Assembly (NCBI RefSeq): GCF_006345805.1
Contig: NC_043000.1
Location: forward strand, 163,246,001-163,310,000
Reading direction: 5' to 3'
Origin: Octopus sinensis
Taxonomy: Eukaryota
DNA: 64,000 nucleotides
The notes beneath the pieces are model-generated. The model made no database searches. It had not been told where the DNA came from and saw only the letters and a program-made list of their open reading frames with translations. Positions 26,593-40,386 of the stretch are shown in pieces. The number at the start of each line of letters is the position of its first letter. The first letter of the stretch is position 1. The position numbers and the translations under genes were made by a program.

Positions 26593-29017
26593 ATGATCAC
26601 GTTCTGCATCATCCACTGGTAAGAAGGCTGAGTGGGTGTCTTTATTTACTTGCGAATACTTGGGCACCTCTCACCATTTGCTAAGTTATTGAACAAACAT
26701 GCCGACGCCAAATTATCAACAATTTCGAGCGTCAGCCATCGTAGTTTTTAAAATTTACAGTAATATAGATATCGAGATCATAAAATCGGTAAAACTCCAG
26801 ATAAAAGGGCTTCCGGAATTATATTAAAATCTGATTTCGAATCCATTCGAAGTTATAGTTGCATTTTACTTTCTCGGGGTTGGTAAGATGAGAATTCTTG
26901 ACATCTTCTAGTTTCCAGTGTACACTCCCATGAAATGTATGACGTTAGGCCACTGGTAGGAATGGCTGAGCATACGACTTGTGTTCCAGTTGTCTCTATC
27001 TACGAGGTGGCCTGCACTCCACAGCTACGCAGCAATGTGATATAATATGTCTTAAGGACACATCGAGCCGCCAGGAACCGAACTTACCATCTTACGATCG
27101 CGAGCCGAATACATTTAGTCACGTGTCTTCGCCTCTGGTAATTATAAGAATTAATTAAGACAGTGAGCGCCAAGCTGAAGAACTTACAGTCTTTAGTTTA
27201 ACATTGTTCGAGTAGTGATTTTTTATACCTATCCCCCATTCATTATTGCTGACAAAATAAACACCAGTAGGTACCAGTAATATAAGATTGTGGCGATTCA
27301 GTATCCTGCAGATGTTACATTTATGCCAACTCAAAACAACATTTTACTGCATTCTCGTACCCGTGCGAGTATGTACGTGTGCGCGTGCGTGCGCGTCTAT
27401 GTTTTTTTTCTGTATTGTGCGATAGTGTCATTAATAAAAAGATTGGACACTTTATTCTACTCACTTCGGTTCGATTCAGAAGTATGAGAGAGGTGTGACA
27501 GATTGCTGTACATCCAAACGGGGATTACCTTTCGCACACTTCAAACCAAAAAATCTTTCGCAATCATCGGCTCTTTGAGTCAGCCAGCAACTTTGGAGAC
27601 GTTTAGGAGAGTGTAAAGAGTTGTGAGTAGATATGTGTTTATGTTTGTGTGTGCATGCTCTATGTATGCGTGTGCGTCTGTAAATCATTAAGTTTCCTTT
27701 AGCAACAACAAGTGGTAGAAGTTGCGGATAGGATATGACAAGAAAATTATATCTTTTTTCTGTTGGTTCTTAATAACACTTTAGCCACTTAATAGGATTT
27801 TGTGCCAGTTAAAACTGTTGCTACATGAAAGGGGCTCTTTGGTGTCCTCTTGCAAGTTAGCACAACTTCAGGAACTTCTTCATCGGTAGATGGGAGAAAA
27901 GTTTTAACCCTCCTTCTGGTTAGGACGCAAATTTTAACGTAAATGAAAGTACCAGAAGATTCTGATGTCAGTCCACTTAGAAACTATGAGAACCAGTCTG
28001 AGATACCAAAAAAAAAAAAAATAGAAAGAAAAGAAAATATAAATGAATAACAAAAAAGAGGGGCAACAGGTCCACTGATGGAACTAGGGCCATGTTTCAT
28101 ATATCTGTTGCGATTTGGTTTAAAATTAGTTCTTCTGATGTCTAACATTATTTGGATTAAATTCTTAGCCCAATTCATTATATGAACTCGTAATTCATAA
28201 ATTAGTTGATGAGGTTATTTCTCACCACAGCATATTGAGATATTCAGCCAAGGTTGAACCCATTACTATGTTGGCGATAGCTCTGAATGGCAGAGGGAAT
28301 TAACTTGTGAAGATAAAATAGTAAAGTTAAAACAACAGAATCAATTTATAATATCTAATTTGAGATGATGAAATAACGGGCGATTTGGTGTGTAATCAGT
28401 AACACACGATAACCTGGTGAGTGAAAGATATGTGGTTGGTTGCTTACTTTTACTGTTGAATTTAGTTTAAATAAGCTGTGGAACGTTGAATGATAAATTA
28501 AATAAGCAAAATATTTTCTCCAGACTCACAACAAAGTACCTGCGGCGCGTAGCCTGGATTGGTATGTCGCTTTAATACTCACTTCTGCCACGTGATATTA
28601 ATTTAGGAGAACAAAAAGGAAAATATAGTATATGTAGCTGCACTGAAGGCTTTTAGTCGAACAACAAAGCACAAGTAACGAGGAAAATATATTGTTTGAT
28701 GGTGGCATTTTTCAGATGCTTATTCACTTTTATCTACGGACACAATCTGTTAGCAGAGAGTCGAGACTATTTGTTCAATAGACCTGCGGCCAAGGGACAC
28801 ACCCAGCTCTTTTACACTGAAGGGTGAGAGGCAGAGAGGAGAGTAACTGAGAGAGAGTAGGAAGAGACGGGGGTTATGAAAAAAGAAGTGGGAAGAGAGA
28901 AGGATAAAAAGAAAATTGACAATTGGGCTGGAGGAAGGAAAGTGATAACATTGTCATGTCGAAAAGTTAATTTGTGAAATATTCTCATGTGGAAAGAACA
29001 GAATGTGTGTGAGTGCG

Positions 29018-29049
<32 letters not shown>

Positions 29050-29282
29050 TGTATGTATGTATGTATGTATGTATGTATGTGTGTGTGTGTGTGTGTGTGT
29101 GCATTTATATATGTATGTTTACACACACCAAGCTATATTTGAATGATTATGTACACGCATCCAGACGTGCCTATATATATGTATGCATACACATAAATCC
29201 ATGTATATATGAAGATAGATTTTTCTAGATAATATTACACACACGCAGATATATAGATATATATGTATAAATAATTCAAGTT

Positions 29283-29326
<44 letters not shown>

Positions 29327-30029
29327 TATATATATATATATATATTGGTAGCGACTCAAGACCAAAGTGATAACTAATCTGTTTAATCTTATTCTTTACT
29401 TTAACATATTCTCTACTTCTACATAAACATTTTCCCAGTGATATTCCCTAACGTTTAAGCCCCCTTCCCTTTCTTGTTCCTTCTTCCTTCCTTCTCTCTC
29501 TCTCTCTCTCTCTCTCTCTTGCTCGCTCGCTCGTTCCCTCTCATCTTACATTAAAATATTGCTTTTCTCATTTTACTTTTGCCCTTCATCAAATACATCA
29601 AGTTTTCCTCTGGGACAGAAAAACATTAATCTACAGATTAATATTAGACCACAGGGAAGGATTTAGACCTACAAAGATGCTTTAGCAATCCAAGAAAATT
29701 TTCTGACGTCTAGGAATAAACACAGAAATTGACAGGTATTTTTGTACGTTATGAGCCACAAAGATGGTTTAACATACTAAGAAAAAAAAATTAAAGGTTG
29801 ATAACATTTTAAGCTCCTACCAGTAAATAAATAAAAGCTTTGCTCGTAGAAAAGAGATCTTTAGAATAATCTTCAGAGCTGTATCCATGTATGTCTTTCG
29901 AATTGCTTTGAAACTCAAGGAAATCTTAAAGTTTCAGGAAAATATTTTGAACTAAACAGAAATATAAGGATACTGAATATAACTGACTATTCAACAAAGT
30001 TCGACAGAGAAGTTTAAGAAAACAAGATT

Positions 30030-30030
<1 letters not shown>

Positions 30031-30121
<91 letters not shown>

Positions 30122-30148
30122 TGTGTGTGTGCGTGCGTGTGTGTGTGT
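30031..30148 (+). repeat. (TG)n microsatellite
   Basis: Direct reading. (CT)n at 15693-15775 and 26528-26591; (GATA)n at about 45270-45325 and 60565-60622; (GAGT)n at about 61990-62105. Confidence 0.95.
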
Positions 30149-30167
30149 TTACATAAATTAAACAAAT

Positions 30168-30447
30168 TCCGTGTGGTAACTGCAACCAATAAAAATTCGT
30201 CTAGGCGACAATCTCAGGAACTCTTAGGATTCTCCGAAATTGGCTTGCCATTAATGAAAAGACAATCTAATTGTATAACAAATGAGGACAGGTGTAAACA
30301 CGTTTCTGCGTCAGTAGTTGTCATTTGAACAGCTTTTAACTTACCTTGACACTTAGATATATATAGAAAGAGTAGAAAACATTTATCTAGTGTATATAAT
30401 TTAAACGAAAATAAGTTAATTGATATAAAATTTTTATAAATTTTTAA
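30168..30447 (+). repeat. Dispersed repeat; uninterrupted twin of 35518-35619 + 36518-36710
   Basis: Colinear similarity on both sides of the insertion point. Confidence 0.85.
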
Positions 30448-31317
30448 TGTAACGAAATGTGTGTTTGTGTGTGTGTGTGTCTCTGTGTGTAAATATATGC
30501 ATGTAAGTAATTATGTATAATATGTGTGCGAGTGTAGAGACGTCTGTCCGCGACATCAAATTGATTGTGAGATATTGTGATTGTGGAGTTCCTAGCTGAT
30601 GTCTCTTATAAGGAAATGCTTCACAAAGAGAAAATTAATACAGTGAAGAATATATATATGTGTGCACGTGTGTGTGAGTCTCTGTGTGTGCTGTTTTTGT
30701 TATTGTTATTATCATCATCATCATCATCATAATTTGACTGCCAATTTCCCGTTTTTATTAGTCAATCATCTGTACAAAGGAAATCCATCAAACTAGAATA
30801 ACACTATTTGAACCAGAATCTGTGAGATTAATGATATCCAAAACGTAGTCTAATCACATTTCCTTATCTTATGTGCATTTCCACAGTGGTTGTAATATGT
30901 TATTAGTGAAACGATATCACACTTAGTTTTGATTAGTTTAATTTGTTAAATCTGTATTGGTAAAAGTCATTAGTAAATGTCTCATATCTCTTTACTTTAG
31001 TAACATAGACCATCATAGCCATCCGAATAGTCAGGGCTCTGGTATATTTACCAAAGGATCGACAATTGTTATTTAATCTATTGTTTTGTAATATGACCAT
31101 AACAAAGACATTTGTTATAATTGTTTTTACTGTCTTTTACATGGGTGCCATGAGTGGCACATCTCAATCATACTCATTTATACACATAACTCGTTCAAAT
31201 AGCATCACTCATTATCGAACAGCAATTTTTAATTGAAAATGCCAATAAAAGTGACGCTAAAATCACCTGTTTACCTGTCTATATTTTATTATATACATAA
31301 TTCTTTTCTATTTCTAG

Positions 31318-32660
31318 GTGAAGTCAATGGAGATGCCATGTTCTTCTTCAACCTATCAGCAATCAAAAAATCAGAAAAGGTTCTCCGAGCCGAAGTTCAT
31401 TTATACAAGAGAAAATCTCGCCCTTGGATGCCCAACGGATCAAAATTACAAATTCTATTACATGAAATTGGTCCGAACTATATTAGCAAGACAGGACGTG
31501 TGACTCTGCATCGTGCCAGCCATGGATGGCAATGGCGAGATGTTACCAATTCCGTTCTTAGTTGCCTCGCAACCTCCCGCAAATATCCTCATCTATTTGC
31601 AATAAACTTTCAAACGAAAAAGTCAGGGGGTAAAACACGTACAGTTGCACTCAAGAAATTTTCTATTCATCACTCTAGGCCCTTTCTTATTGTTTATTCT
31701 AACGAAACTGAAGTGGTCAAACTTGACCAGCTTGACAAATTGGCCGAGCGCCTTAAATTATTCTTACCGGGTCAGAACCGAGATAGAAGGCCTGCAAACC
31801 GTACTTCATTGGCAACCAAGTTAGTTCCGTCTACGTCTGGTTCGGATGACTTTTTACCGCCCTTGGATAGAAGCAAAAACAGCACTCGACTTGTACATCA
31901 TATCGCACACGGAATTGGTCCTAAAATGAGAATAGTACTTGACGAAATCGATCCCTTTCACTCGGTTGCTATAGAGAAACTAAACGAAACTACAGAAAAG
32001 CGACATAAAACAAGTGTACCGGTGAAAAAGATTAAAGACAAGAAAGAGTTTCAACGCCGGAAATATGAACAAGATTTTATACCAAACCAGGAAATAGTCA
32101 CAGCTTCACCGTCGTACGAAATTATGGATAATACAACGATGGAACCCGAGTTAGAAAATACAACCGACAGTGAAACAGAAGAGGTAGAAGCAGCCTCGTT
32201 AGCGTTTTCGGATGATTCCAGCATTACGGTGGACGCCAGTCAGACAAACCGATCGAAACGGTCGGTTTTGACTAATGAAATACCCCAAGAACCCGTCGAC
32301 TACAGAACAGTTACGAAATATAATATGCTTAATATTAATCCCGGGGTATTACAGCCACGCCAACGACCGAAGCAGAAGAAGATGTCTCGTCTCATTCCTT
32401 ACCCAAAGGATTCACAGCATAAAAAGAAAAGGCGCAAAAGAAAAAGGATTCGACGAGAAAAAGCCCAACGACGCCGACTTCGCTTTCCGAAGAATTGGAA
32501 AAACACAGACAGAAAGAATTTCCACAAGGAAGATAATTTGTGTAAAAAACACAAATTGCACGTTAATCTGGATGATATTGGATGGAGAGATTGGATAATA
32601 AGTCCTCAATGGTTAAATGCGCATTACTGCGCAGGAAATTGCCCTTTCCCATTGGCAGAG
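31318..32660 (+). CDS. BMP3: Internal coding exon of a BMP3/GDF10-like TGF-beta ligand: most of the prodomain, furin sites and N-terminal half of the cystine knot
   Basis: Open frame inside ORF 31233-32780, bounded by acceptor ttcttttctatttctag|G (phase 1) and donor GAG|gtgagt (phase 0). It starts with FFFNLSAIKKSEKVLRAEVHLY (TGF-beta propeptide) and contains RSKR-SVLTNEIP (cf. BMP3 KKRS...NNELP). It ends with CKKHKLHVNLDDIGWRDWIISPQWLNAHYCAGNCPFPLAE (cf. BMP3 [40 protein letters not shown]). Both intron positions match the vertebrate BMP3 exon 2 layout as I recall it. ADMP or another BMP is less likely but not excluded. Confidence 0.85.
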
Positions 32661-33750
32661 GTGAGTTGTGATTCTCGTTTTTTGTTTGTTTGTTGTTTTT
32701 GTTGTACTTTTTCCTTTTGTTATATTGTTTTCACATTTCACAATATTCCTTGCTTGTTTTCGTTCGGATTACGTTCATGAAGAGTGCAGAACAAAGAGTT
32801 GGAAATGGTAAAAGCAGCTCTTCCCAGCTCAGTATGAATGATAGCTAATATATTCAATTGTGGTTCATTTGGGAAAGGTCAATCTATATTAATTAATAAC
32901 TAACTATTTGTAATACGACCTGGTGTTATATATTCTAACAATTTCTACGTTATAGCTTCATATTTTGTTTATATTGATATTAACATATTACATTAGTGGC
33001 AGACCAAAAACTATCACTAAGATGGTTCTATCAGGATTTGAATTTAGTAAAGAGACATAATAAAATTTAAGGCAATGTACGGAGACAATTGTGTGAACAG
33101 AAATGATTATGAAGTGTATACATCGGAATAAGACCACGTGACTCACTTACACACTGGGCCTGAGAACATTCTATGGAGAGTCGAAATCACAATAGTCTAT
33201 TAGGTGATCAAGTACTTACAGCCATACTTGACGTGTGACTCTTCGCATTCACTGTTATCTTAACTCAATGCTAGATGTTTAAAAAAAAAACTCAAAAGGT
33301 TCTATTCTTCATTGAGAGTATGAGTGTGTACAAACGTACGCACACATTCACACACATGAATGCAACTCATAAATACACGCACGAACGCACACAGACACAC
33401 ACACAGACACAGACACACACACACACACAGAGGCAGACAGACAAATATCCAGGCTATACATATTCATACATACATATGGACTAGTGCTAACCTGCTACCT
33501 TTAAGATAACTTTTTATTACTGACATTGATTTTTATTCAGAGATTGTGTAGTGTATATTTTTAGTTGGAAGAGGGTGAATAGTGTAATACATCAATCTGA
33601 GAAAGTAAATGACAAAAGAAGGGTTCAGAAATACTGAGAGGATTCTGCACTGGCTGGAAAATTTTGCGGTTGTCCTTGTTGAAACGCAAGGTCAACTGAG
33701 ATACAGCAGACTGATGATGAAAGGTTTTATATGTTGTTTACGCTTGAATA

Positions 33751-33784
<34 letters not shown>

Positions 33785-33817
33785 GTATGCGCGCGCGTGC
33801 GTGCGTGTGTGTGTGTG

Positions 33818-33849
<32 letters not shown>

Positions 33850-34985
33850 TGTATGTATGTATGTATGTATGTATGTATGTATGTATGTATGTATGTATGT
33901 ATGTATGTATATGACAACTGGAAGAATGTTTTATCAACGCTAAAATTGTGTATATAATCAATAATTTCTGTCAAGATACCATAGGTTTCATACAATATAT
34001 CCACACGATATCTATTGTACTGGACTATTGAATTCCGTTAAGAAAATGACATAATTGTTTATATGTGTGTCGTGTATGAAATGTACATAGAAAGCCTTTA
34101 TTGAAGATGCTATGCAGTCTGTCCGAATGCAGAAACATAGCGAAGTACTTTTTACAACACCATATTAGGCAAAGTGAACTCTGTCTGTTTATCTATCTAT
34201 CATCCTCTACTGGTCTTTGTCTTCCATTGACCACACACTCTGTTTATCTCGCTCTTCTAAGTCCTATCAATATATCACATTCATTGTTTGTTTCCATCTT
34301 AGTATCTAATCTCCCCCTCTCTCTCTTCCCCCTCCCCCTCTCTCTATCCCTCTTATTTCCGTGTATCTCAGGATATTTATATCGTAAAGTGTATTGTCAA
34401 TTTTGCTGTATCGAAAGACTTGTTTTAGTATAATGTCTTGTTTGGGCATGTCTACGCTCGTTCACTTAGTCTCTAGCTTACTCTTTCACATATGCGCTGT
34501 GCCCATCTTACTTTTTCACTCATCTAGTTATCACACTTTTACAATCTTTTTTCAGCATTAGTAGCAGTTTACTAATTTTCGCTATATCTATGTTACTTCA
34601 TGCATCTCAGGTCATGTGAGTGGTATGCATTGAGTGTGTATGCATACTGTCAAAATTTACGTATACGTGTATATAATATGTGTATGGGTATCTGTATATG
34701 TTTGACTGTAATTATATATATATTTTAAAGAAAATAAAGTAAATCTCTATCGCAGAGTAGCTGTGAAAACTGCTTAGAAGATTAGATAAATACACCCAGA
34801 AGACGGGGAAAAAACTGGCCGCCACAAAGAACCGAACCCTGTACCTCTCAAATCCCAGCTGAATACTCCGTACAATTAAGCTAAGCAGCCCATGGCAACA
34901 AATACTTTCTATTATAAGGTTAAATAATAGATTCTGGATTGTAAGAGCATTTTTTTTTCAAAGCTAACCTTTTTTCACAGTTAGA

Positions 34986-35102
34986 CTGTTTTCACTGCTA
35001 AGCTGTTTTCACTGCTAAGCTGTTTTCACTGCTAAGCTGTTTTCACTGCTAAGCTGTTTTCACTGCTAAGCTGTTTTCACTGCTAAGCTGTTTTCACAGC
35101 TA
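34986..35102 (+). repeat. 17-bp minisatellite (CTGTTTTCACTGCTAAG) x6 plus a partial copy
   Basis: Six identical units, 34986-35087. Confidence 0.95.
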
Positions 35103-35619
35103 TTCTTCTAAGCTGTTTTCGCAGTTTTTCCACGTTCGAGTTCATGCTTCATTTTCTGCGACATATGTAGTTCTCTGTAACTTAACGCAATAAAGAGTTC
35201 TCTGATGATGATCAGTTTTGGTTAAACATCCAAATGCTTTTGGAGCATCCAATGCATGGTTCTAGGCAATCGTAATTGTGACACTTAGGTAAGAACTAAT
35301 GACATAAATGTGTTTATTGTAATTTCCCATATACGTACATGCATGCATGCATACATACATACATACATACATACATACATACATACATACATACATACAT
35401 ACATACATACATACATACATACATACAACATACATACATACATACCAAAACGAATATCAAATGCCGTACGAGATAATTCTTGACTTATTGAAACCGTTTT
35501 AACTACAAAACAAAAGTAAACAAATTCCATGTGGTAATTGCAACCAATGAAAATTAGGAAAGGAGATTATCTCAGGAACTTCTAGGATTCTCCGAAACTG
35601 ACTTGCCATTAATGAAAAG

Positions 35620-36517
35620 GGATTTGTTCCATATCAATCACAGATGTTGTAATTAATTTTTTCTAACTAAGCAGTTTGAAACTTCGAATACTGATAAAAT
35701 TTCGCACGTAGAACACGGTTTATTCTGAACGTTTTTGACCAAATTTCGTATTTTAGAAGTTATTTCGTGTTAAAGTTGTGGTATTTGGGTAATTTCAACC
35801 AATCAACGACGTGTATTCGGTTGAAGAATGCTACTGCTGTTTGCGATAGTAATTGAAAAGGAGCAACATCCGGGTCATCTCTTCTAAATGTCGCCACTCT
35901 GTTCTATTCGTATACTGTGCGAATACGATGTCACCTTTTATCCTTTCTTCCTTTCTAGTCATCATCGTGCATTCCTTACTCTTTCCCTCTGTTCTACTCT
36001 ATTAACTAACAAGCAGCAAGTGAACTTGTCACTGCCACTACAATTATCTATTTTCCGGTGTATAAGCCGCTATTTGTTTTGTTTTACCTTCATGTTTTGA
36101 TAATGTTATTTTTTTTATCTAATAAAGACTTTTATATTGACGAAATGTGTTTGTTGTTGATTATAGTAAGATAAAATCATAACAATAACAAAACATCTTA
36201 TAGGTGTAAAATAAGGCATTTTGAAACTACATATACGTCAACAACAAAAAAGCGAGCCGCGGACTCGTGGTGACATTTAGTAGAGATAACCCAAAAACAG
36301 TAGTAGCTTTCTTCAACCGAATACACGTCGTTGATTGGTTGGAATTAACAAAATACGACAACTTTAACACGAAATAACTTCTAAAATACGAAATTTGGTC
36401 TAAAACGTTCAGAGTATACCGTGTTCTACGTGCGAAATTCTACCTGTATTCGAAGTTTCAAACTGTTTAGTTAAAAAAAAATTAATTAAAACATCTGTGA
36501 TTGAGATGAATAGATCC
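35620..36517. mobile_element. Non-autonomous TIR DNA element, ~225-bp TIRs starting GGAT, 8-bp TSD (Merlin-like by TSD and terminus; unproven)
   Basis: TIRs at 35620-35843 and 36293-36517. TSD ATGAAAAG (35612-35619) / ATGAGAAG (36518-36525). The empty site is seen at 30254-30261. Confidence 0.85.
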
Positions 36518-39500
36518 ATGAGAAGACAATCTAATTGTATAACAAATGAGGACATATGTAAACACGTTTCTGCCTCAATAGTTGTCATTTGAACAGCTTT
36601 TGACTTACATTAACACTTAGATATATATAGAAAGAGTAGAAAACATTTATGGTCGAGAGCAATGAGCATAATTTAATAAGCTAAGTGATACAAATTTTTA
36701 ATCTAACGAAGTGTGTGTGTGTGTGTGTGTTTACGCGCAGTCGGCTAGGTATCCATAAGTCAGCAAAATAGGCACACGTTTTGTCAATTGTAGTAATCTA
36801 AATGTGTGTGCATGCGCGCGCGTGCGTGCGAGAGCATAATTATAAGTATATACACACACATTCAAGGTCACATGCGCAAATCAACAACCTAAAACCTGTC
36901 AACAACGAACTTTGATCAGTGTTTTAATAAATTTCAAGAACTGAAAATAACGAAGTCTTACATTCTTTGACAATGAATTCGGTCTTATAGGATACCAAAA
37001 TCTTCTATGTAAGAAATGTGGTTGCAGTTAGGAATAGGGGCCGAACGACGACGTTGTCTACTGTTTCATCCGGGTCACTACTGATCGTCCCTCTTTTTTT
37101 GGAGTGTGCTGCATTAGGTTATATAATGATATTTTTCCTCACTTAAAATTGTTGGTTGATTTTTGCTGCTTTGTCTAGCAAGTGAAATGTCCACGTAAAG
37201 GCCAAACTAGTTGAAACAGAGGGTACGGGATGTTGCTGTGAAGAGAATATAAAATTGACAAAATGAATGACTAGGTAGATGAAGACGGAGATGAATGATG
37301 GTAGTGGTGGTGGTGGTGGTGGTTTTAGTGGTGGTTATAGTGGTGGTAGTGGTGTTTGTATGGGAGGGGGTAGATGCGGAGATAGAGTGGCAAGAAGAAG
37401 GTTGTAAGATAAGCAAATGTTAAGAAAAGTGTTTAAGGACAGTGATTGTGACGGTGGTCTTGTGAAGAAACTGCTGAGTGGTAGGGGAGGGATGGGGGAG
37501 ATAGTGGAGGGTCTTTGAGCTTTTGGAGATTGACAAATAAGAAAGATAATAATAGATCTAACAAAGTAACAACAGAACACACAAACAAAACAAAAAAAAT
37601 CAGTGAAAGTAGAAGAAAAACAACAGCAGCAATAAATAATAATAATAATAATAATAATGGTGATGATAATAGAAACAATAAGCAGCAGCATAAGAACAAC
37701 AACAGCAACAAAAACAACTGCAGCAATAACTACGACCATAATCCCCATAGATGAAGTTTATGGCGGTGCGACTTTGGCGCCTGTCGATCCACTTCTGTCC
37801 TTCCCCATCCTCTCTCGCTCATTCCCTTTCTATTTCTCCTCGCTCTCTCTCTCTCTCCCCTTCTCTCTTTCTCTGTCTCTTAAAGATTTGCTTAGAAGCT
37901 AGAAAATTATCATAAGCCACCGACAAGAAAAGGGATCATTTGAAAAAGCTAGTTAGTGTAGAAAATGCGAAAAGGTGAGATAAGGAAGGAAAAGAGGAAG
38001 TAAGGATGAAAGAGAGAGTTGCCATTTGGGACTGGTGAGATAGTGAACTTTGGCCTAAGCAATACCTACCCACCCGTAATATCACCACCAAAACCACCAG
38101 CATCAAATCATTGTAGCGGCTTTCATGTGGTTGCTTGTATGTTACAAATTTGGGGTCAAATCTTCCTTAAATTAACCCCTAACTTTCTTAACAAGGAAAG
38201 GGCTCCTTAGTTGATGTAGGTTCTAGGCCAGAAGTAACCAATCTTTTTATGGGGTAGGAGCGCTAAGCGGTGATGTGTGCAAATCCAGTTATATGAAGTT
38301 TTTTAAATGTTGCTGGAGCACATGCGTGGAACGCTAGAAGAAAGTATGGTTTAAAGTAAATGTTAACATTTTCATTATAAAGTGAGCTTGAAAATAACAA
38401 AGGGATTTAGACCGACGAGAAAATTCAATATAGACTGTTGGAGTCAAATTTATCATAAAATTCGGTTTGATAGTCTGACAACTGCTCATTTCACCAGTTG
38501 AGTAGATGGTGTTAGTGATGATGTAAGTATTTAGACTATACGGTAGTATTTAGATTAGTCAATTCTTCCGAGGTTGACTTTGCCTTTTATCATTCCGGGG
38601 TCGATAAAGTTGAGCAATGAGGTTGATAAAACTGACTAGTCTGTCCATCCCAAATTTCAAGCCTTGTGCCTGTAATAGAAAGGCGGCAAGCTGGCAGAAC
38701 GTTTAGAGCGCCGAACAAAATGCTTTTGAGGTCGATAAAATAAGTAACATTCGAGCATTGGGGTCGATGTAATTGACCATCCTCTTCACCCAAATTTTAG
38801 AATTATGCCTATGGTAGAAAGGATTATAAAGCAAGCTCGAGAATAACAGCAGAACTTGTACTGGCGACGAGATTCAATACACACTGTAGAGTCAAATTTA
38901 TAAGATTTGTTTTGACTGAAACTTCAAGTTTTCTGTGATAGCTTATTTTACCAGTTTGGTGTGAATGTTACTGAAAGACTGCTATTTAGACTAGTTGAAT
39001 AAAGTAGCAAGCGAAACTTAGCGTCCTGGAGAAAACAAATTTTATAATATATTTTAGGAAAAAATGTCAGTTTCAAATTTTGGCACAAGGCCAGTAATTT
39101 CAGTGACGGGGGCAAGTCGAACAGATCGATCCCAGTGCTCAACTGGTAATTATTTAATCGACTCCGAAACATGGCAAGCAAAGTCGACCTCGGTGGAATT
39201 TGAACTACAGAACGTAAAATTTTACCCGGTGCGCTTACAATTCTGTCAACTCGCCGCTTTATTTTAGGAAATTATTTCTGAAAACTATTGCTTACTTTGT
39301 TTCATTAACAACAAACGTTGCAGTAAAATTATGAATAACACATTTTTTTTCAAACTTCAACGCATTAATATAGATTTTCTAAAGCTTTATATTATATTTT
39401 TATAACTTGCAGCGTTCTTAGATATCCCTTATGATTCGCCATTGCATCGTGGGGCACTGTTGGAGAATCATAATACCAGATGCTCTGAAAGAAAAAAAAA

Positions 39501-39890
39501 GATATAATAATCAAGGCTAGAATGCTCAAAGATTAGGATGCTCAATCAAAATTGATCAAAGCATCAGCAAATCAAAATGTATTTGATTGCAATAAGGCCG
39601 TCATTTTGTTCAATTAAATGATTAACAAAATAAATTGTGCAGTCATTTAGTTATTATAAGTAGAATCGCTGCCTGTGTATATAGATTGATATATCTAATT
39701 ATTTATTTCTCTTTGCATACAATCCCCCCGTCTTTAGTTCTCTCTATCTCGCTTACATTATATTGCTATCACTATGTCAGACTATCCATCAGTTATCTCT
39801 AAATCTAGCAAACCAATTAAAGACAGTCCACTAGCACATTAGCCTTGATGAGTAAAACAAACAAAAGAATCAAAGAACAATCGCCAAAAT

Positions 39891-40051
39891 GGCGCAGGAG
39901 TGGCTGTGTGATGAGTAGCTTGCTTACGAACCACATGGTTCTGGGTTCATTCCCACTGCGCGGCACCTTGGGCAAGTGTTTTCTACTATAGCTTCGGGCC
40001 GACCAAAGCCTTGTGAGTGGATTTAGTAGACGAAACTGAAAGAAGACCGTC

Positions 40052-40114
<63 letters not shown>

Positions 40115-40386
40115 CGACGAGCTTCTTTCAGTTTCGTATATATATATATATATATGTATGCGTGTGTATATGTTTATGTGTCTGTGTTTGTACCCCCAAC
40201 ATCGCTTGACAACCGATGCTGGTGTGTTTACGTCCCCGTAATTTAGCGGTTCGGCAAAAGAGACCGATTGAATAAGTACTAGGCTTAGAAAGAATAAGTC
40301 TTGGGATGGATTTGCTCGACTAAAGGCGGTGCTCCAGCATGGTCACAGTAAAATGACTGAAACAAGTAAAAGAGCTAAAAGAGAGT
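39891..40386 (+). mobile_element. tRNA-derived SINE family A, full length
   Basis: GGCGCAGGAGTGGCTGTGTG...GGTTCATTCCC head, internal (TA)n, and GGCGGTGCTCCAGCATGG...AAAAGAG tail. Confidence 0.9.

Noticed and set aside
31233-31317. N-terminal part of the 515-aa ORF (MKMPIKV...) and its tail after 32660
   Set aside because: Intronic read-through beyond clear splice sites; homology starts at 31318 and stops at 32660.
34986-35102. CRISPR-like regular repeat
   Set aside because: No spacers; a eukaryotic minisatellite.
38090-38140. PASNHC as a possible last BMP3 exon (SNHA motif)
   Set aside because: It is not followed by ATIQ, PCCVP or a terminal CxC. No terminal exon was found anywhere in the window.
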